A stretch of DNA of 64,000 bases from an archaeon (GCA_030636025.1 DAOVXQ010000002.1:10848-74847); one strand, 5' to 3'; positions 18,962 to 30,272 are shown, counted from the first letter of the stretch. Notes: generated from the letters alone by a model not told the origin. Numbers and translations are program-made.

Positions 18962-19198
18962 ACTTTAATAAACCAATTTTTAGAGTGATTATAGATTTGC
19001 AGAGTGTTTTGAAAGAAGAGCCAGAGATTATACCTGTTGTGAAGAATAAGGGTCCTGGGTTGGTAAAGGATATCCAGATATTTGGTTAATTAAAACACCC
19101 TAATGGAAATATTAATTAAAAAATTAATCTCCGTCGGTAAACTCTTAAAATATTATACAAACATTTTTAAACTGATTCTGCAATAGATTTTTAAGAAG

Positions 19199-19618
19199 AT
19201 GGTTAAAGTTTTAGATTTTAAATTAATAAGATACATTAATTTGTTTAGCAGGGTTACGAGAGTAAGATGTAAACATTGTTTTTTGTATAACAATATGATA
19301 GTTTTTGCTGTGCTTAGGGGATTTATTCCGCAGGCAATTGGACAGGGAAATAAAAATTTGAGGAAATTAAGTGAATTGACAAGGAAGAAAATAAAAATTG
19401 TTGCTTTGCCGAATGGGAAAGAAGACATTGAAAATTTTGTTTCGATGATTATTTCTCCTGTGAAATTTAAATCAATTGAAATTAGAAATGATGAGGCAGT
19501 GATAACTGCGAGTTTGCAAAACAAAGCATCATTAATCGGAAGAGGAAAATGCAGATTAAACGAAATGCAAAATGTTCTTGAGCAATATTTTGGAATAAAA
19601 AAATTAAGAATTAAATAA
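19199..19618 (+). CDS. nusA: archaeal NusA-like KH-domain protein
   Basis: Two KH-like modules (IGQGNKNLRKLSELTRKKIKIV, ...IGRGKCRLNEMQNVLEQYFG). Conserved position upstream of S12. Confidence 0.8.
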   Translation: MVKVLDFKLIRYINLFSRVTRVRCKHCFLYNNMIVFAVLRGFIPQAIGQGNKNLRKLSELTRKKIKIVALPNGKEDIENFVSMIISPVKFKSIEIRNDEAVITASLQNKASLIGRGKCRLNEMQNVLEQYFGIKKLRIK

Positions 19619-19687
19619 GTTTAAAATTTGATAAGTTCTAAGGGACTGCGGAAGTTTTAAAAACCTTTATTTTGATTAATTATTAAG

Positions 19688-20110
19688 ATGGGATTGAATA
19701 ATGCGACAAAGTTGGTAAAAAATAGACGAAAGTTTAGATGGAAAGATAGGAAATACAAAGTGAAAACTCTCGGACTTTTCAAAAAATCAGACCCTCTTGG
19801 TGGAAAAAATCAGGCAAAAGGAATTGTAACAGAGAAAGTTCAAAAAGAAGCAAAACAGCCAAACTCTGCAATGAGAAAATGTTGCAAGGTTCAGTTAATA
19901 AAAAATTCTAAAGTTGTCACTGCATTTATTCCAGGGAATTTAGCTCAAAAATTCGTTGATGAACATGACGAAGTTATAATTGAAAGAATTGGGGGAAAAC
20001 AGGGAAGAAGTAAGGGAGACATCCCTGGAGTCAGATGGAAAGTTATTAAAGTAAATGATCAGCCACTCGCAAGATTGTGGATGGGCAAGATTGAGAAGGG
20101 GAGACGATAA
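19688..20110 (+). CDS. rps12: 30S ribosomal protein uS12
   Basis: [18 protein letters not shown]...VTAFIPG...[15 protein letters not shown]. Confidence 0.95.
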   Translation: MGLNNATKLVKNRRKFRWKDRKYKVKTLGLFKKSDPLGGKNQAKGIVTEKVQKEAKQPNSAMRKCCKVQLIKNSKVVTAFIPGNLAQKFVDEHDEVIIERIGGKQGRSKGDIPGVRWKVIKVNDQPLARLWMGKIEKGRR

Positions 20111-20406
20111 TGAATCGCAATACTGGACTAAGGAGAAACCAAGTAAGGCATTTGCAAGCATTAGTAGAAACTGGGGACAATGTCGCGGTTTATTTGGGTT
20201 CGGCCAAGGTTCAGCTTAGGGGAGAAGTAACTTTTAATGGAGGTTACGAATTCCATCATAGTGGTGAGCAGACTGATGCTATTAGAGGACAATGTTCTAA
20301 TCCCATCTATTTAACATTGAATAAAATAAAACGTTTTGTCTATGGTTCTAAAATGGTTCTCGTTAAGGGAAGAGAAACTCAGGTTCCTACGGAGGTGCAT
20401 ATTTAG
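20110..20406 (+). CDS. 98-aa ORF inserted after S12, hypothetical
   Basis: Its ATG overlaps the S12 stop (TAATG). No recognisable family. Flanked by S12 3'-end copies. Confidence 0.45.
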   Translation: MNRNTGLRRNQVRHLQALVETGDNVAVYLGSAKVQLRGEVTFNGGYEFHHSGEQTDAIRGQCSNPIYLTLNKIKRFVYGSKMVLVKGRETQVPTEVHI

Positions 20407-20481
20407 ATGGTGCAGATGAAAGTTTTTGGTCTATGGAAATTAAATAATCAATCATGTAAGATTGAGAAGGGAAGGCGATAA
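20407..20481 (+). pseudogene. degenerate duplicate of the S12 C-terminal coding end
   Basis: Reads MVQMKVFGLWKLNNQSCKIEKGRR*. The last 7 codons encode the same KIEKGRR* as the S12 end (20087-20110), with synonymous changes. Confidence 0.55.
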
Positions 20482-20482
20482 G

Positions 20483-20782
20483 ATGGGAGAAGGAAGTATT
20501 GGAAGATTTAAGTATATTTCTAAGAAAATGTTATCTTGTCGAAACGCATTTTATTTTTCTCAAGAAGAAAGTGTTAGTGAAGAAATGATAAAAAGTTTAA
20601 GTAGTATGGGTACAAACAGTCAAGTTTTAGATTGTTGCGAAGATAATTTGTTTATATATCAAATTGGAGATTGTGCTGTGAGCTTAAGTTATGCAGCGAA
20701 GGATGCTTCCATTGAAGTGTATAATAAAGATTTAAATAAAAGAAATAAATCTATAAGTAAACTTGAGGTGATGTTTGCTTAA
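20483..20782 (+). CDS. 99-aa hypothetical protein
   Basis: ATG follows the duplicated S12 stop (CGATAAGATG), mimicking the S12/next-gene junction. No family recognised. Confidence 0.4.
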   Translation: MGEGSIGRFKYISKKMLSCRNAFYFSQEESVSEEMIKSLSSMGTNSQVLDCCEDNLFIYQIGDCAVSLSYAAKDASIEVYNKDLNKRNKSISKLEVMFA

Positions 20783-20783
20783 A

Positions 20784-20978
20784 ATGACAATAAAATTAAT
20801 AAACATGGACGAATTAATGTTTGGATTGGCTCCTGAAGATTTAAGGAGATATGGGGCGATTGTTGTTAGAAATATCCCTAAAACTAAAAAACAATCTTTA
20901 AGTTTTGGTGGTTTTGAAGGAGATATTCAAAAAACAAATTTTGATGAAAGATATGCTTTATGCAGGAGAGTTAATTAA
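20784..20978 (+). CDS. 64-aa hypothetical protein
   Basis: Its stop overlaps the S7 start (TAATG). No family recognised. Confidence 0.35.
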   Translation: MTIKLINMDELMFGLAPEDLRRYGAIVVRNIPKTKKQSLSFGGFEGDIQKTNFDERYALCRRVN

Positions 20979-21658
20979 TGGCAGAACAAGAAATACAACA
21001 AATTCAGGAAGAAAATAATAGCGAACCTGTTATAGACCAGATGGCTGAAATTGAAACTAAAACAGATGAGTTCAAATTATTTGGATTATATGATGTTAGT
21101 GAGATTAAAGTCGAAGACCCTGGGATGAAAAGATATATAAATTTCACTCCGAAATTATTAGTTAAAAGTTATGGCAGAAATCGGGAGAAATTTTCAAGAG
21201 GGAAAATTAATTTAATTGAAATCTTTGCAAACCTTGTTGCTGTTCCTGGACATCGAGGGAAAAAACACAAAATCCAGACAAACTGGAAAACAGGAAAATA
21301 TTCTCAGAATATGAGGATTGTTTTAAATTGCTTTGAAATTATTAAAGAAAAAACAAAAGAAAATCCTGTTCAAGTTTTTATCAAAGCAATTGAAAATTCT
21401 GCACCAAAGGACGGGGTCACAGTAATTGAATACGGCGGAGCAAGATACCCTCAGGCAGTTGACATCTCGCCATTAAGAAGGGTCACAATGACAATAAGAA
21501 CAATGGTTCACGGAAGTTATGACAAATCTTTTAATAAAAAAACAAAAATTGAGCAGGCCTTAGCATCAGAAATAATAAAAGCTTACAACAAAGACAAAGA
21601 CAGTTATGCAATGGGTAAAAAAAATGATTCTGAAAAACAGGCAGATAGTGCGAGATAA
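20978..21658 (+). CDS. rps7: 30S ribosomal protein uS7
   Basis: FKLFGLYDVSEIKVEDPGMKRYINF..., GGARYPQAVDISPLRR. Confidence 0.9.
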   Translation: MAEQEIQQIQEENNSEPVIDQMAEIETKTDEFKLFGLYDVSEIKVEDPGMKRYINFTPKLLVKSYGRNREKFSRGKINLIEIFANLVAVPGHRGKKHKIQTNWKTGKYSQNMRIVLNCFEIIKEKTKENPVQVFIKAIENSAPKDGVTVIEYGGARYPQAVDISPLRRVTMTIRTMVHGSYDKSFNKKTKIEQALASEIIKAYNKDKDSYAMGKKNDSEKQADSAR

Positions 21659-21714
21659 ATTTATATATACTCTATTAAATAATTCTTTTTAAACTATTTT
21701 TAATTTAATTAACA

Positions 21715-22059
21715 ATGGTAAAACAAATAATGTTAGATGAAATTGTTTTACAGAGTGATATTAGCCCTCAAAAATCAAATTTTCTTGAAGCATGTAAAAA
21801 AAGAATAAACGAGGCAGTTGATATTTATGCAGAGATAAACCCAAAATTTAATAGAAATTTATCTCCTGAAAGTAATCCTTTTCAGATGATTATTGAATCT
21901 TCAAAAAATTATGATGCAGAGATAAGTGCAAGAGCTTGGTGTTCTATTGATTCAATCAGACCAAAAAACAATCTAAAAGAAAGAGTTCATATTCTTAGAG
22001 TAGATAGTGAAATGTTTCTCTTTGATTACCAAGGGCAAAGTTTTAGAATTAAATATTAG
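21715..22059 (+). CDS. 114-aa hypothetical protein between S7 and EF-2
   Basis: Clean ORF with no recognisable family. Confidence 0.4.
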   Translation: MVKQIMLDEIVLQSDISPQKSNFLEACKKRINEAVDIYAEINPKFNRNLSPESNPFQMIIESSKNYDAEISARAWCSIDSIRPKNNLKERVHILRVDSEMFLFDYQGQSFRIKY

Positions 22060-22146
22060 AGATGAGTGATTAAGAAAAAGAAATTACAATTTCATTTCCA
22101 AAGTAAAAACATTTAAAAACCGATTTTTATATCCTTAAATACAATT

Positions 22147-24336
22147 ATGGCAAAGAAAGAAACATCATTAGAAAAAATAAGAAGAATCTGTGTTGACCAA
22201 GAGAGAATTAGAAATATAGCGACGTCTGCGCACATTCACCATGGGAAAACTGCTTTGACAGATAATCTTTTGGCTGCGGCTGGGATGATGTCTGAAAAAT
22301 TAGCAGGGGATTTAGAAGGTGGAATGGCGACATGGCAACATTCAGATGAGCAAGAGCGGTTATTAACAGTAGATGCTGCAAATGTTTCAATGGTTCACGA
22401 ATTCGGCGACAACGAATACATGATTAATTTAATCGACACTCCCGGACACGTAGATTTCTCAGGTAATGTTACAAGGGCAATGAGGGCAATCGACGGGACA
22501 ATCGTCTTAGTCTGTGCTTCAGAAGGAATAATGCCCCAGACAGAAACAGTAATCAGACAAGCACTAAGAGAAAGAGTAAAACCAGTTCTTTTCATTAACA
22601 AAGTTGACAGAATGATTAAGGAATTAAAATTAACCCCGCAGGGAATGCAGGAAAAATTCGTTAAAATAATTGACCACTTTAATTTATTGATTGAACAGAT
22701 AGCTGAAAAAGAATTCATAGAAAAATGGAAAGTTCACGTCGGTGACGGAACAGTTGCATTTGGTTCTGCAAAAGACAATTGGGCAATGTCTGTCCCATTT
22801 ATGCAGAAAAAAGGAATAAGTTTCAAAGATATAATTGATTTATATGACAAAGACGAAGAAGAAAGAAAGAAATGGGTCTGGGATAATGCACCTCTGCATG
22901 AAGTTTTACTTGACATGACAATTAAACATTTGCCAAGTCCTGTCGAAGCACAGAAATACAGGATTCCGAAAATTTGGCAAGGCGATGCAGAATCAGAGTT
23001 CGGTAAAGGGCTTGTTAGTTGTGATGCAAAAGGAGAGGTTGCATTTATTATTACTAACACAATTATTGATTCAAAAAGCGGGAAAGAAATTTCAGCAGGC
23101 AGATTATTTTCAGGAACATTAAAACCTGGGATGGAAGTTTATCTTAACAATGATAAAGTAAAAAGAAGAATTCAGCAAGTTTTGATTTACAACGGAATTA
23201 AACCAGAACAAATGGAGGCGGTGCCTGCTGGAAATGTCCTCGCTATAACTGGAATTATCTCAGAGCCAGGAGAGACGATTACTCTTGGACCTCAAACAGT
23301 TTTTGAAAACATTAAGCATATTTTTGAGCCAGTAATCACAAAATCAATTAGTGTTTCAAAACCACAAGACTTGCCAAAATTAATTGAGGTTTTGAAAAAA
23401 GTTGCAAAAGAAGACCCTTCATTAAAAATTGAAATTAACGAAGAGACAGGGGAAAATTTAATGTCTGGTATGGGTGAGTTGCATTTGGAAATTATTGAGA
23501 ACAGAATTAAGACTGAGAAAAATGTTGATGTTAAAACTTCAGAACCGATTGTTGTTTATCGGGAGACTGTTATGAAAGAAGGGGCTGTTGGCGAGGGGAA
23601 ATCACCAAACAAACACAATTTATTTTTTATTCAAGTTGAACCATTAGAAGATGAAGTTTACAAGGCAATTAAAGAAGGCAAGATTTCCGAGGGCAAATTC
23701 AAAAAAAGAGAATTAGAAAAATGGGAAACTCTTGCAGAAGCAGGTGTTTCAAATGATGAGGCAAGACAATATAAATATATTTACAGAGATTGCGTTTTTT
23801 TAGATAAAACAAAAGGAGAAGTTCATATTGGTGAGGTTATGGAAATGGTTTTGGATGGTTTTGAGCAGGTTGTTAATGCAGGGACATTGTCGAGAGAGCC
23901 ATGTATGAAAATGAAAGTTTCGTTAGTTGATATTAAACTTCACGAAGATGCGATTCACAGGGGGCCTGCACAGGTTTATCCTGCTGTCAGGGACGCTATC
24001 AGGAGTTCTGTTGCTGGTGCTGGTGCTTGTTTATTTGAGCCAGTTCAAACATTATTAGTTGAAGGACCTTTGGACCATATGGGAGATTTAACAAAATTAT
24101 TCCAGGGCAAAAGAGGACAAATCACAGACATTCAGCAAGGAGCAGGACAAATCACAATAAAAGTTAAACTCCCTGTTGCAGAAATGATTGGATTAGCAAG
24201 TGATGTTCGTAGTGCAACAGAAGGCAGAGGAACATTCAGTATGATTGACCAGTCATTTGAAAAAGTCCCACCATCAATACAACCAAATGTTGTGAGGAAG
24301 ATTAGGGAAAGAAAAGGGCTGAAGGAGAATGAATAA
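22147..24336 (+). CDS. fusA: elongation factor 2 (aEF-2)
   Basis: AHIHHGKTALTDNLL and DTPGHVDF G-motifs, plus the diphthamide-site context HEDAIHRGPAQV. Confidence 0.95.
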   Translation: MAKKETSLEKIRRICVDQERIRNIATSAHIHHGKTALTDNLLAAAGMMSEKLAGDLEGGMATWQHSDEQERLLTVDAANVSMVHEFGDNEYMINLIDTPGHVDFSGNVTRAMRAIDGTIVLVCASEGIMPQTETVIRQALRERVKPVLFINKVDRMIKELKLTPQGMQEKFVKIIDHFNLLIEQIAEKEFIEKWKVHVGDGTVAFGSAKDNWAMSVPFMQKKGISFKDIIDLYDKDEEERKKWVWDNAPLHEVLLDMTIKHLPSPVEAQKYRIPKIWQGDAESEFGKGLVSCDAKGEVAFIITNTIIDSKSGKEISAGRLFSGTLKPGMEVYLNNDKVKRRIQQVLIYNGIKPEQMEAVPAGNVLAITGIISEPGETITLGPQTVFENIKHIFEPVITKSISVSKPQDLPKLIEVLKKVAKEDPSLKIEINEETGENLMSGMGELHLEIIENRIKTEKNVDVKTSEPIVVYRETVMKEGAVGEGKSPNKHNLFFIQVEPLEDEVYKAIKEGKISEGKFKKRELEKWETLAEAGVSNDEARQYKYIYRDCVFLDKTKGEVHIGEVMEMVLDGFEQVVNAGTLSREPCMKMKVSLVDIKLHEDAIHRGPAQVYPAVRDAIRSSVAGAGACLFEPVQTLLVEGPLDHMGDLTKLFQGKRGQITDIQQGAGQITIKVKLPVAEMIGLASDVRSATEGRGTFSMIDQSFEKVPPSIQPNVVRKIRERKGLKENE

Positions 24337-24350
24337 ATTTATTTCTTAAA

Positions 24351-24602
24351 ATGGAAATTAGATATGATCCAGAACATAAAGGGTTAGGTTATCATTCTTG
24401 CAGAAATTGTAAGAGAGTTTTTGTATCTGGTTTAAATCCAAGTCATGAAGACAATTGTCCTGATAAAGGAGAGGGATGGAATGTTGCAGTATATACTTTT
24501 GGACCAAGTGAGTCAAATGAAATTAAAGAACAAAGGAAAAACTCTAAGAATTCTGGGCCCAATAAATCAATTGTTGAGACTATCCTACAAAATATAGAAT
24601 AA
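24351..24602 (+). CDS. 83-aa hypothetical protein
   Basis: ORF between EF-2 and EF-1alpha containing CRNC..C. No family recognised. Confidence 0.35.
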   Translation: MEIRYDPEHKGLGYHSCRNCKRVFVSGLNPSHEDNCPDKGEGWNVAVYTFGPSESNEIKEQRKNSKNSGPNKSIVETILQNIE

Positions 24603-24664
24603 CAGATATTTTTTGTGAATATTATCACAATAATCCTTAAATATTCTCTTTTCTTATATATCCC

Positions 24665-25183
24665 ATGAATAAAAAATTTATTTTTTTATCTGGATTTTTA
24701 TTAATTTTTCTATTGGGAATTAGTTTTGTTTCTGCAAGTCTTTGTCGAGGCGACGACGGATACTGGCACGATTGTTCATATTATGAACCAAAAATAAAAT
24801 ACAAAACAGATTCTTTCAGAGAAACCATTGAATTAAAAAAAACAACCACTTCAGGTTATCAGGACAAATACAGTTCTGAAAAAATCACGACGACTATTTC
24901 TGAAAAAACAACAATAAACCGAAAAAACAAAGAACCATATTATGACTACGATTATTTTTACGATTATCCGAGTTATAGTTATTCGCATAAATATGTTCCG
25001 TCTTCGTCTTGGAGATATAAAGAGCCCTATCATCGAAGTGATTATGATGATTGTGTTGACAAATGCATAAGGAAAAGTGGCAGGAACAATCGGGAAAGAT
25101 GCATTGAAAATTGCAGAGATTATAATTATTATTACAAACCTCGTTGGGATTATGATAATCAATATTATAATTGGAGATGGTGA
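24665..25183 (+). CDS. secreted Tyr/Asp/Lys-rich low-complexity protein
   Basis: Signal-like N-terminus MNKKFIFLSGFLLIFLLGISFVSA followed by a YDY-rich sequence. Confidence 0.45.
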   Translation: MNKKFIFLSGFLLIFLLGISFVSASLCRGDDGYWHDCSYYEPKIKYKTDSFRETIELKKTTTSGYQDKYSSEKITTTISEKTTINRKNKEPYYDYDYFYDYPSYSYSHKYVPSSSWRYKEPYHRSDYDDCVDKCIRKSGRNNRERCIENCRDYNYYYKPRWDYDNQYYNWRW

Positions 25184-25240
25184 TTTTATTTCTCGTCGGT
25201 AAAAATTAATGTGAAATTATTTAAAATTCATCAACAAAAA

Positions 25241-25248
25241 CTTTATAA
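25241..25248 (+). promoter_or_regulatory. TATA box candidate (TTTATAAA) for EF-1alpha
   Basis: AACTTTATAAACC lies 52 nt upstream of ATG 25300. Confidence 0.4.
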
Positions 25249-25299
25249 ACCCTTTTTTTTATGATATATTACTAACTTTTTGAAAGTTATTAAAATAAG

Positions 25300-26601
25300 A
25301 TGGCACCTGAAAAACCGACAATGAATATTGTTTTTGTAGGTCATGTTGACCACGGAAAATCTACTTGTATAGGTCGGCTTATGTATGATTCTGGAGTTTT
25401 ACCTGAGAATGAAATGAAAAAGTTGAAGGACGAAGCAGAAAAACAGGGGAAGGTTGGTTTTGAGTTTGCTTATGTTATGGATAAAATTAAAGAAGAAAGA
25501 GAAAGAGGAGTTACTATTGATTTGGCTTATCAGAAATTAATCACGCCAAAAAGACAGGTTACAATTATTGATGCACCTGGGCACAAGGATTTTGTTAAAA
25601 ACATGATTACTGGGGCTTCACAAGCTGACGCAGCTTTCTTGACAATCGCAGCTAAAGAGGGTGTTCAGCCACAGACTAAAGAGCACTTATGGTTATTAAG
25701 AACAATGGGAGTTCAGCAAGTTGCTGTTTCAATCAACAAGATGGACACTGTAGATTATAGTGAAGAAGCATATAATAAAGTTAAAAAAGAAATTTCAGAT
25801 TTGTTGAAAGTTGTGGGGATTGACCCTGAAAAAATAACCTTCCTTGCTGTTAGCGGGTTAATGGGAGATAATATTTACAAGAAATCAGATAAAATGTCGT
25901 GGTATAAAGGACCTACAATCTGGGAGCAACTTGATTTATTTGAAGAACCTAAGAAACCATTGGAATTACCAATGAGAATGCCTGTTCAGGATGTTTATGA
26001 TATTACAGGTATTGGAACTGTTCCTGTTGGAAAAATTGAAACAGGAGTTATGAAAATTGGGCAAAAGGTTAAAGTTCTTCCAGGAAGAAGCGGGACAGGA
26101 ATTGACGGGGAAGTTAAAACTATTGAAATGCACCATGAACAATTACAAGAAGCACCTGTTGGATTTAATGTTGGTATTAATGTTAAAGGCGTAGGAAAGA
26201 AAGATATTGCAAGGGGCGATGTTATTTGCGACGCTGCTAATCCTGCTACAATAGCTGAAGAGTTCACAGCACAGGTTGCAGTTATCAATCACCCAACAGT
26301 AATTGCAAAAGGATACACACCAGTATTCCATGTTCATACTGCTCAAGTGCCTTGCCAATTTATAGAAATTTTGCATAAAATTGACCCTGCAAGCGGACAG
26401 CCAATGGAAGGCAAAGTTGATTTCCTGAAAAACGGAGATGTTGCAATGGTTAAACTTAAACCTGTTGGAAATTTAGTAATTGAAAAATCAAGTGTAAATC
26501 CCCACATGGCAAGATTTGCTATCAGGGACGCTGGAGCTACTGTTGCTGCAGGTGTTTGCACAGAGTTAGTTGAGAAAAAGCTAGTTGCTGAAAAAAAGTA
26601 A
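25300..26601 (+). CDS. tuf: elongation factor 1-alpha (aEF-1a)
   Basis: [17 protein letters not shown] and NKMD G-motifs. Confidence 0.95.
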   Translation: MAPEKPTMNIVFVGHVDHGKSTCIGRLMYDSGVLPENEMKKLKDEAEKQGKVGFEFAYVMDKIKEERERGVTIDLAYQKLITPKRQVTIIDAPGHKDFVKNMITGASQADAAFLTIAAKEGVQPQTKEHLWLLRTMGVQQVAVSINKMDTVDYSEEAYNKVKKEISDLLKVVGIDPEKITFLAVSGLMGDNIYKKSDKMSWYKGPTIWEQLDLFEEPKKPLELPMRMPVQDVYDITGIGTVPVGKIETGVMKIGQKVKVLPGRSGTGIDGEVKTIEMHHEQLQEAPVGFNVGINVKGVGKKDIARGDVICDAANPATIAEEFTAQVAVINHPTVIAKGYTPVFHVHTAQVPCQFIEILHKIDPASGQPMEGKVDFLKNGDVAMVKLKPVGNLVIEKSSVNPHMARFAIRDAGATVAAGVCTELVEKKLVAEKK

Positions 26602-26660
26602 TAAGCTTTATTTTTTATTTTTAATTCAGAATTTGGACTAAAAGATAGAAACCAAAAAAT

Positions 26661-27096
<436 letters not shown>

Positions 27097-27247
27097 GCCT
27101 TTTAAATCTTTCGTTCTTTTACCACTTTAAAATTAATAATACACAAATTCTAAACCCAAAATCCCTTGGATTTTGTCCCGCCACCTATGTTCTTTGATTA
27201 CTTTCTATTCTATAAATCTTTAAAAAGTTAATTTTGATTTATTTAAA

Positions 27248-27679
27248 ATGAGATGGGCTAATACAAATTTGGGGATTCCTATTCAGGATTTTAAAAAAGA
27301 ATGGGAACAGAGTTATCTTGCTCATATTTCTGATGGAAAAAAATGTTCGCATCATAATTCTAGATTTAAAGCAGGGTGGATTCCATTAGGAATAGTGCCA
27401 TTTTATCCTGCTTTGAATCGTTTTAGCGGGAAGAATAAATTAGCAAACAAGATAGTCAATGTTCTTGAAAATAAAGGGGAATATGATTTTAGAAAAAACA
27501 GCCATCCTTTTTCTGAATTAAGGTTTGCTTTAGAAGGGATAAGTGGGAAAAATTACTATCACGACATAGAAATGATTATAGCAGATAAACAATCGTTTCA
27601 TTTAATGTTGGATAGAAAAGCTTTTTGTATTGATGGAATTCCAGATAAATATTCTGTTCAATGGTATATAAAAAAATAA
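27248..27679 (+). CDS. 143-aa hypothetical protein
   Basis: Clean ORF with no family recognised. Confidence 0.4.
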   Translation: MRWANTNLGIPIQDFKKEWEQSYLAHISDGKKCSHHNSRFKAGWIPLGIVPFYPALNRFSGKNKLANKIVNVLENKGEYDFRKNSHPFSELRFALEGISGKNYYHDIEMIIADKQSFHLMLDRKAFCIDGIPDKYSVQWYIKK

Positions 27680-27813
27680 TAACCTAATCCTAATGCAATA
27701 ATTAAAATCAAAATCCAGAGCATTATTTTTTTAAGAGATTTTTTATGAAACCATTCTTGGATTATTGTTGAACCAATTTCTGCAATAGGTTCAAAGATAA
27801 TTTCTTCTACCAT
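27658..27813 (-). CDS. possible 51-aa single-TM protein
   Basis: MVEEIIFEPIAEIGSTIIQEWFHKKSLKKIMLWILILIIALGLGYYFFIYH. Overlaps the 3' end of the convergent ORF by 22 nt. Confidence 0.25.
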   Translation of the reverse strand: MVEEIIFEPIAEIGSTIIQEWFHKKSLKKIMLWILILIIALGLGYYFFIYH

Positions 27814-28268
27814 GATTTGTAAAAATCACCTCGCTATTTAAATCTTTTTCAAAAAAATAAAAATCCCAAGATTAATCTTGGGTTAAAGAAAAATAAAACT
27901 ATTCCTCGTCATCCTCTAAATCCAGCTCATCGAATGACTCATCTTCAGACATTTTTATCATCCTCATTTTAATTTTATACCAAATATATAGTATTTAAAG
28001 GTTTTTATTGTCGATAAAACTATTTTGGCATTGATAAAATTTATAAACCCGAAATTATTTATTATAATTTCTAAATTTGTCCATTGAATCCAAAGATTTA
28101 TAAACCAATCAAAACTAATTTAATTAGAAAGATAATTAAGATTACAGATTATTGTTATCATTATTGATATCACATTCATAATTCATGTTTAAAAGAACAG
28201 AGAAATAATATAGAAACTTACGAACAGGATAGAATAAATCTATTTCTTAATACTTTCATAAAATTAAA

Positions 28269-29417
28269 ATGGCAAAAATAAGTCCAGTATCAATAAAGTA
28301 TATAATTCATGCTAAATTCAAGGCAGAAGGAGCAATTGAAAAACCAGATATAATCGGGGCTGTGTTTGGGCAGACAGAGGGTTTGTTGGGCGATGATTTG
28401 GAAATGAGAGAGTTGCAAAAATCTGGTAAAATTGGGAGGATTGAAGTTAGTACCGAATATGAGGGTGGAGGAACTATTGGTGAAATAGAAGTCCCGTCGG
28501 CAATGGACAAAACAGAAACAACAATTCTTGCAGCCGCCTTAGAAACTATTGAAAGAATAGGGCCAAGCGACACTAAAATTACAATTGATGATATTGAAGA
28601 TGTTCGGGGAAGTAAGAGAGATTATATTTTAGAAAGAGCTAAAAAACTAATGGAAAAATTAGGTGATTCTGGAAATGAAATTAGTGAAATGACAAGTGAA
28701 ATTCAAACTTCTGCAAGAGTTGCAAAAATGCAAATGTATGGGACTGAAAATATTTCTTGCGGGGATGTTTCTGGGGACGAATTAATAATTGTTGAAGGAA
28801 GAGCAGATGTAGTTAATATGTTAAAGAATGGGATTAAAAATGTTATTGCAATGAACGGAGTTAAACTCCCTCGGACAGTTGTAGAATTAAGCAAAGAAAA
28901 GGAGTCTGTTATTTTATTTGTCGACGGTGACAGGGGCGGAAATTTAATTATCAAAAATGTAACAGAACAGGCAAAGGTTGATTTTATTGCAATGGCCCCA
29001 GAGGGCAAAGAAGTTGAAGAACTTACAGGCAAGGAAATTTTACAGGCATTAAGAAAAAAAATTTCTGCTAAGGGATATGTTGTAAATGATAAAAGAAAAG
29101 GAGTTAGAAAATATGCAGAAACTGAAAAGAAAATAAAAAAAATGACTTCAAAAGAAAAAGAGCAAATTGACAGCGAGATTAAGGATTTAGTTGGAACTCG
29201 AGGAGTTAAGATTTTCAATAAGGATTTAAAAATTATAAAAAAAATTCCCCTCGGCAGATTGCTAAACATAGAAGTTGAAGAAGAGCCGTATGTTATTGCA
29301 ATTGACGGAACAGCAACACCAAGAATCATTAATGTCTGCGAAGATTTAGGGTGCAGTAATCTTATTGCAACAAACTTTGTAAACACAGACACAAATATTA
29401 ATTTAGTTAGTTTGTGA
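28269..29417 (+). CDS. dnaG: archaeal DnaG-type primase/TOPRIM protein
   Basis: N-terminus PVSIKYIIHAKFKAEGAIEKPDIIGAVFGQTEGLLG is typical of archaeal DnaG. TOPRIM motifs IIVEGRADV...DGDRGG. Confidence 0.9.
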   Translation: MAKISPVSIKYIIHAKFKAEGAIEKPDIIGAVFGQTEGLLGDDLEMRELQKSGKIGRIEVSTEYEGGGTIGEIEVPSAMDKTETTILAAALETIERIGPSDTKITIDDIEDVRGSKRDYILERAKKLMEKLGDSGNEISEMTSEIQTSARVAKMQMYGTENISCGDVSGDELIIVEGRADVVNMLKNGIKNVIAMNGVKLPRTVVELSKEKESVILFVDGDRGGNLIIKNVTEQAKVDFIAMAPEGKEVEELTGKEILQALRKKISAKGYVVNDKRKGVRKYAETEKKIKKMTSKEKEQIDSEIKDLVGTRGVKIFNKDLKIIKKIPLGRLLNIEVEEEPYVIAIDGTATPRIINVCEDLGCSNLIATNFVNTDTNINLVSL

Positions 29418-29444
29418 ATTGGATTTTCAGAAGATAGAAAAAAT

Positions 29445-29966
29445 TTATTTCAATGTTTGTTCAATTGATTTAAGTTGTTTTTGATAATCTTCTCTTAATT
29501 GTTCTCTAATTTTTGTTCTTAATTCACTATACATAGAATTTGCCTCATCAAAAATTTTTTTGGTATGTTTTCCATCTAAACTTGAATCACTAATCTTTAA
29601 ATGAAAATATTCTCTTTTGTCTCCATAATCAATTACAACTTTTTCTAATTTATCATTTTTAAAATCTGGTTCTAATTCTTTTTTCCAATCTATATTTGTT
29701 TCTTTACTAATATCCTCAAAAATATAAGTTATATCTCCCTTTTTAACCCTCATTCTATTTTCTCTAAGCATAGCATCCCCTTTTAAACTAAATCTCCCTT
29801 CTTCATAAACAACTTCTTTGTCATTAATATTCCCCCTATAAACTTCTTCACCCATATTTTTAGCACAACTCCTTATTCCAACAGCTGCTCCAACAATAGC
29901 TACACCAGTCACAATTTCGGTTGCGTATTTTTTTACTCCTTGACATATTCTATTTAATCTTGACAT
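29445..29966 (-). CDS. membrane-anchored hypothetical protein
   Basis: One N-terminal TM helix (IVTGVAIVGAAVGI). No family recognised. Confidence 0.45.
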   Translation of the reverse strand: MSRLNRICQGVKKYATEIVTGVAIVGAAVGIRSCAKNMGEEVYRGNINDKEVVYEEGRFSLKGDAMLRENRMRVKKGDITYIFEDISKETNIDWKKELEPDFKNDKLEKVVIDYGDKREYFHLKISDSSLDGKHTKKIFDEANSMYSELRTKIREQLREDYQKQLKSIEQTLK

Positions 29967-30272
29967 TTTATCTTGTAATTATAATAAATAAGTGCTTTAA
30001 AAACCTTTCGATTATGTAACTACTCTGAAGTTAGAAAGAGTGATTTAGGATTTCTTATACTAATATCTTAAAATACAATTTGTTTAGCTGATTAAAATTA
30101 TAAGATATAAATAAACAAAGAAAATTTGGGTTAAATTAAGGAAGGGTGACTTGTTAGGGAAACCATTGGTTTCCATACGATCATAAATTTTGGGCTGGCG
30201 AGCCAGATATTAGGAATTCACCAAAGCCACATTTTTCAGAACTTTTAAATACTTAGTTTACTAATTTTTCAT

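Noticed and set aside
18985-19090. Short GTG-initiated ORF (about 34 aa) as a remnant of the missing L30e gene
   Set aside because: The translation (VIIDLQSVLKEEPEIIPVVKNKGPGLVKDIQIFG) shows no resemblance to L30e that I can recognise, and it is too short.
27900-27952. 17-aa acidic minus-strand micro-ORF (MSEDESFDELDLEDDEE)
   Set aside because: It is too short to support without expression or conservation data.
28703-29392. 229-aa minus-strand ORF
   Set aside because: It is entirely antisense to the well-supported dnaG gene and has a low-complexity S/F/I-rich translation.
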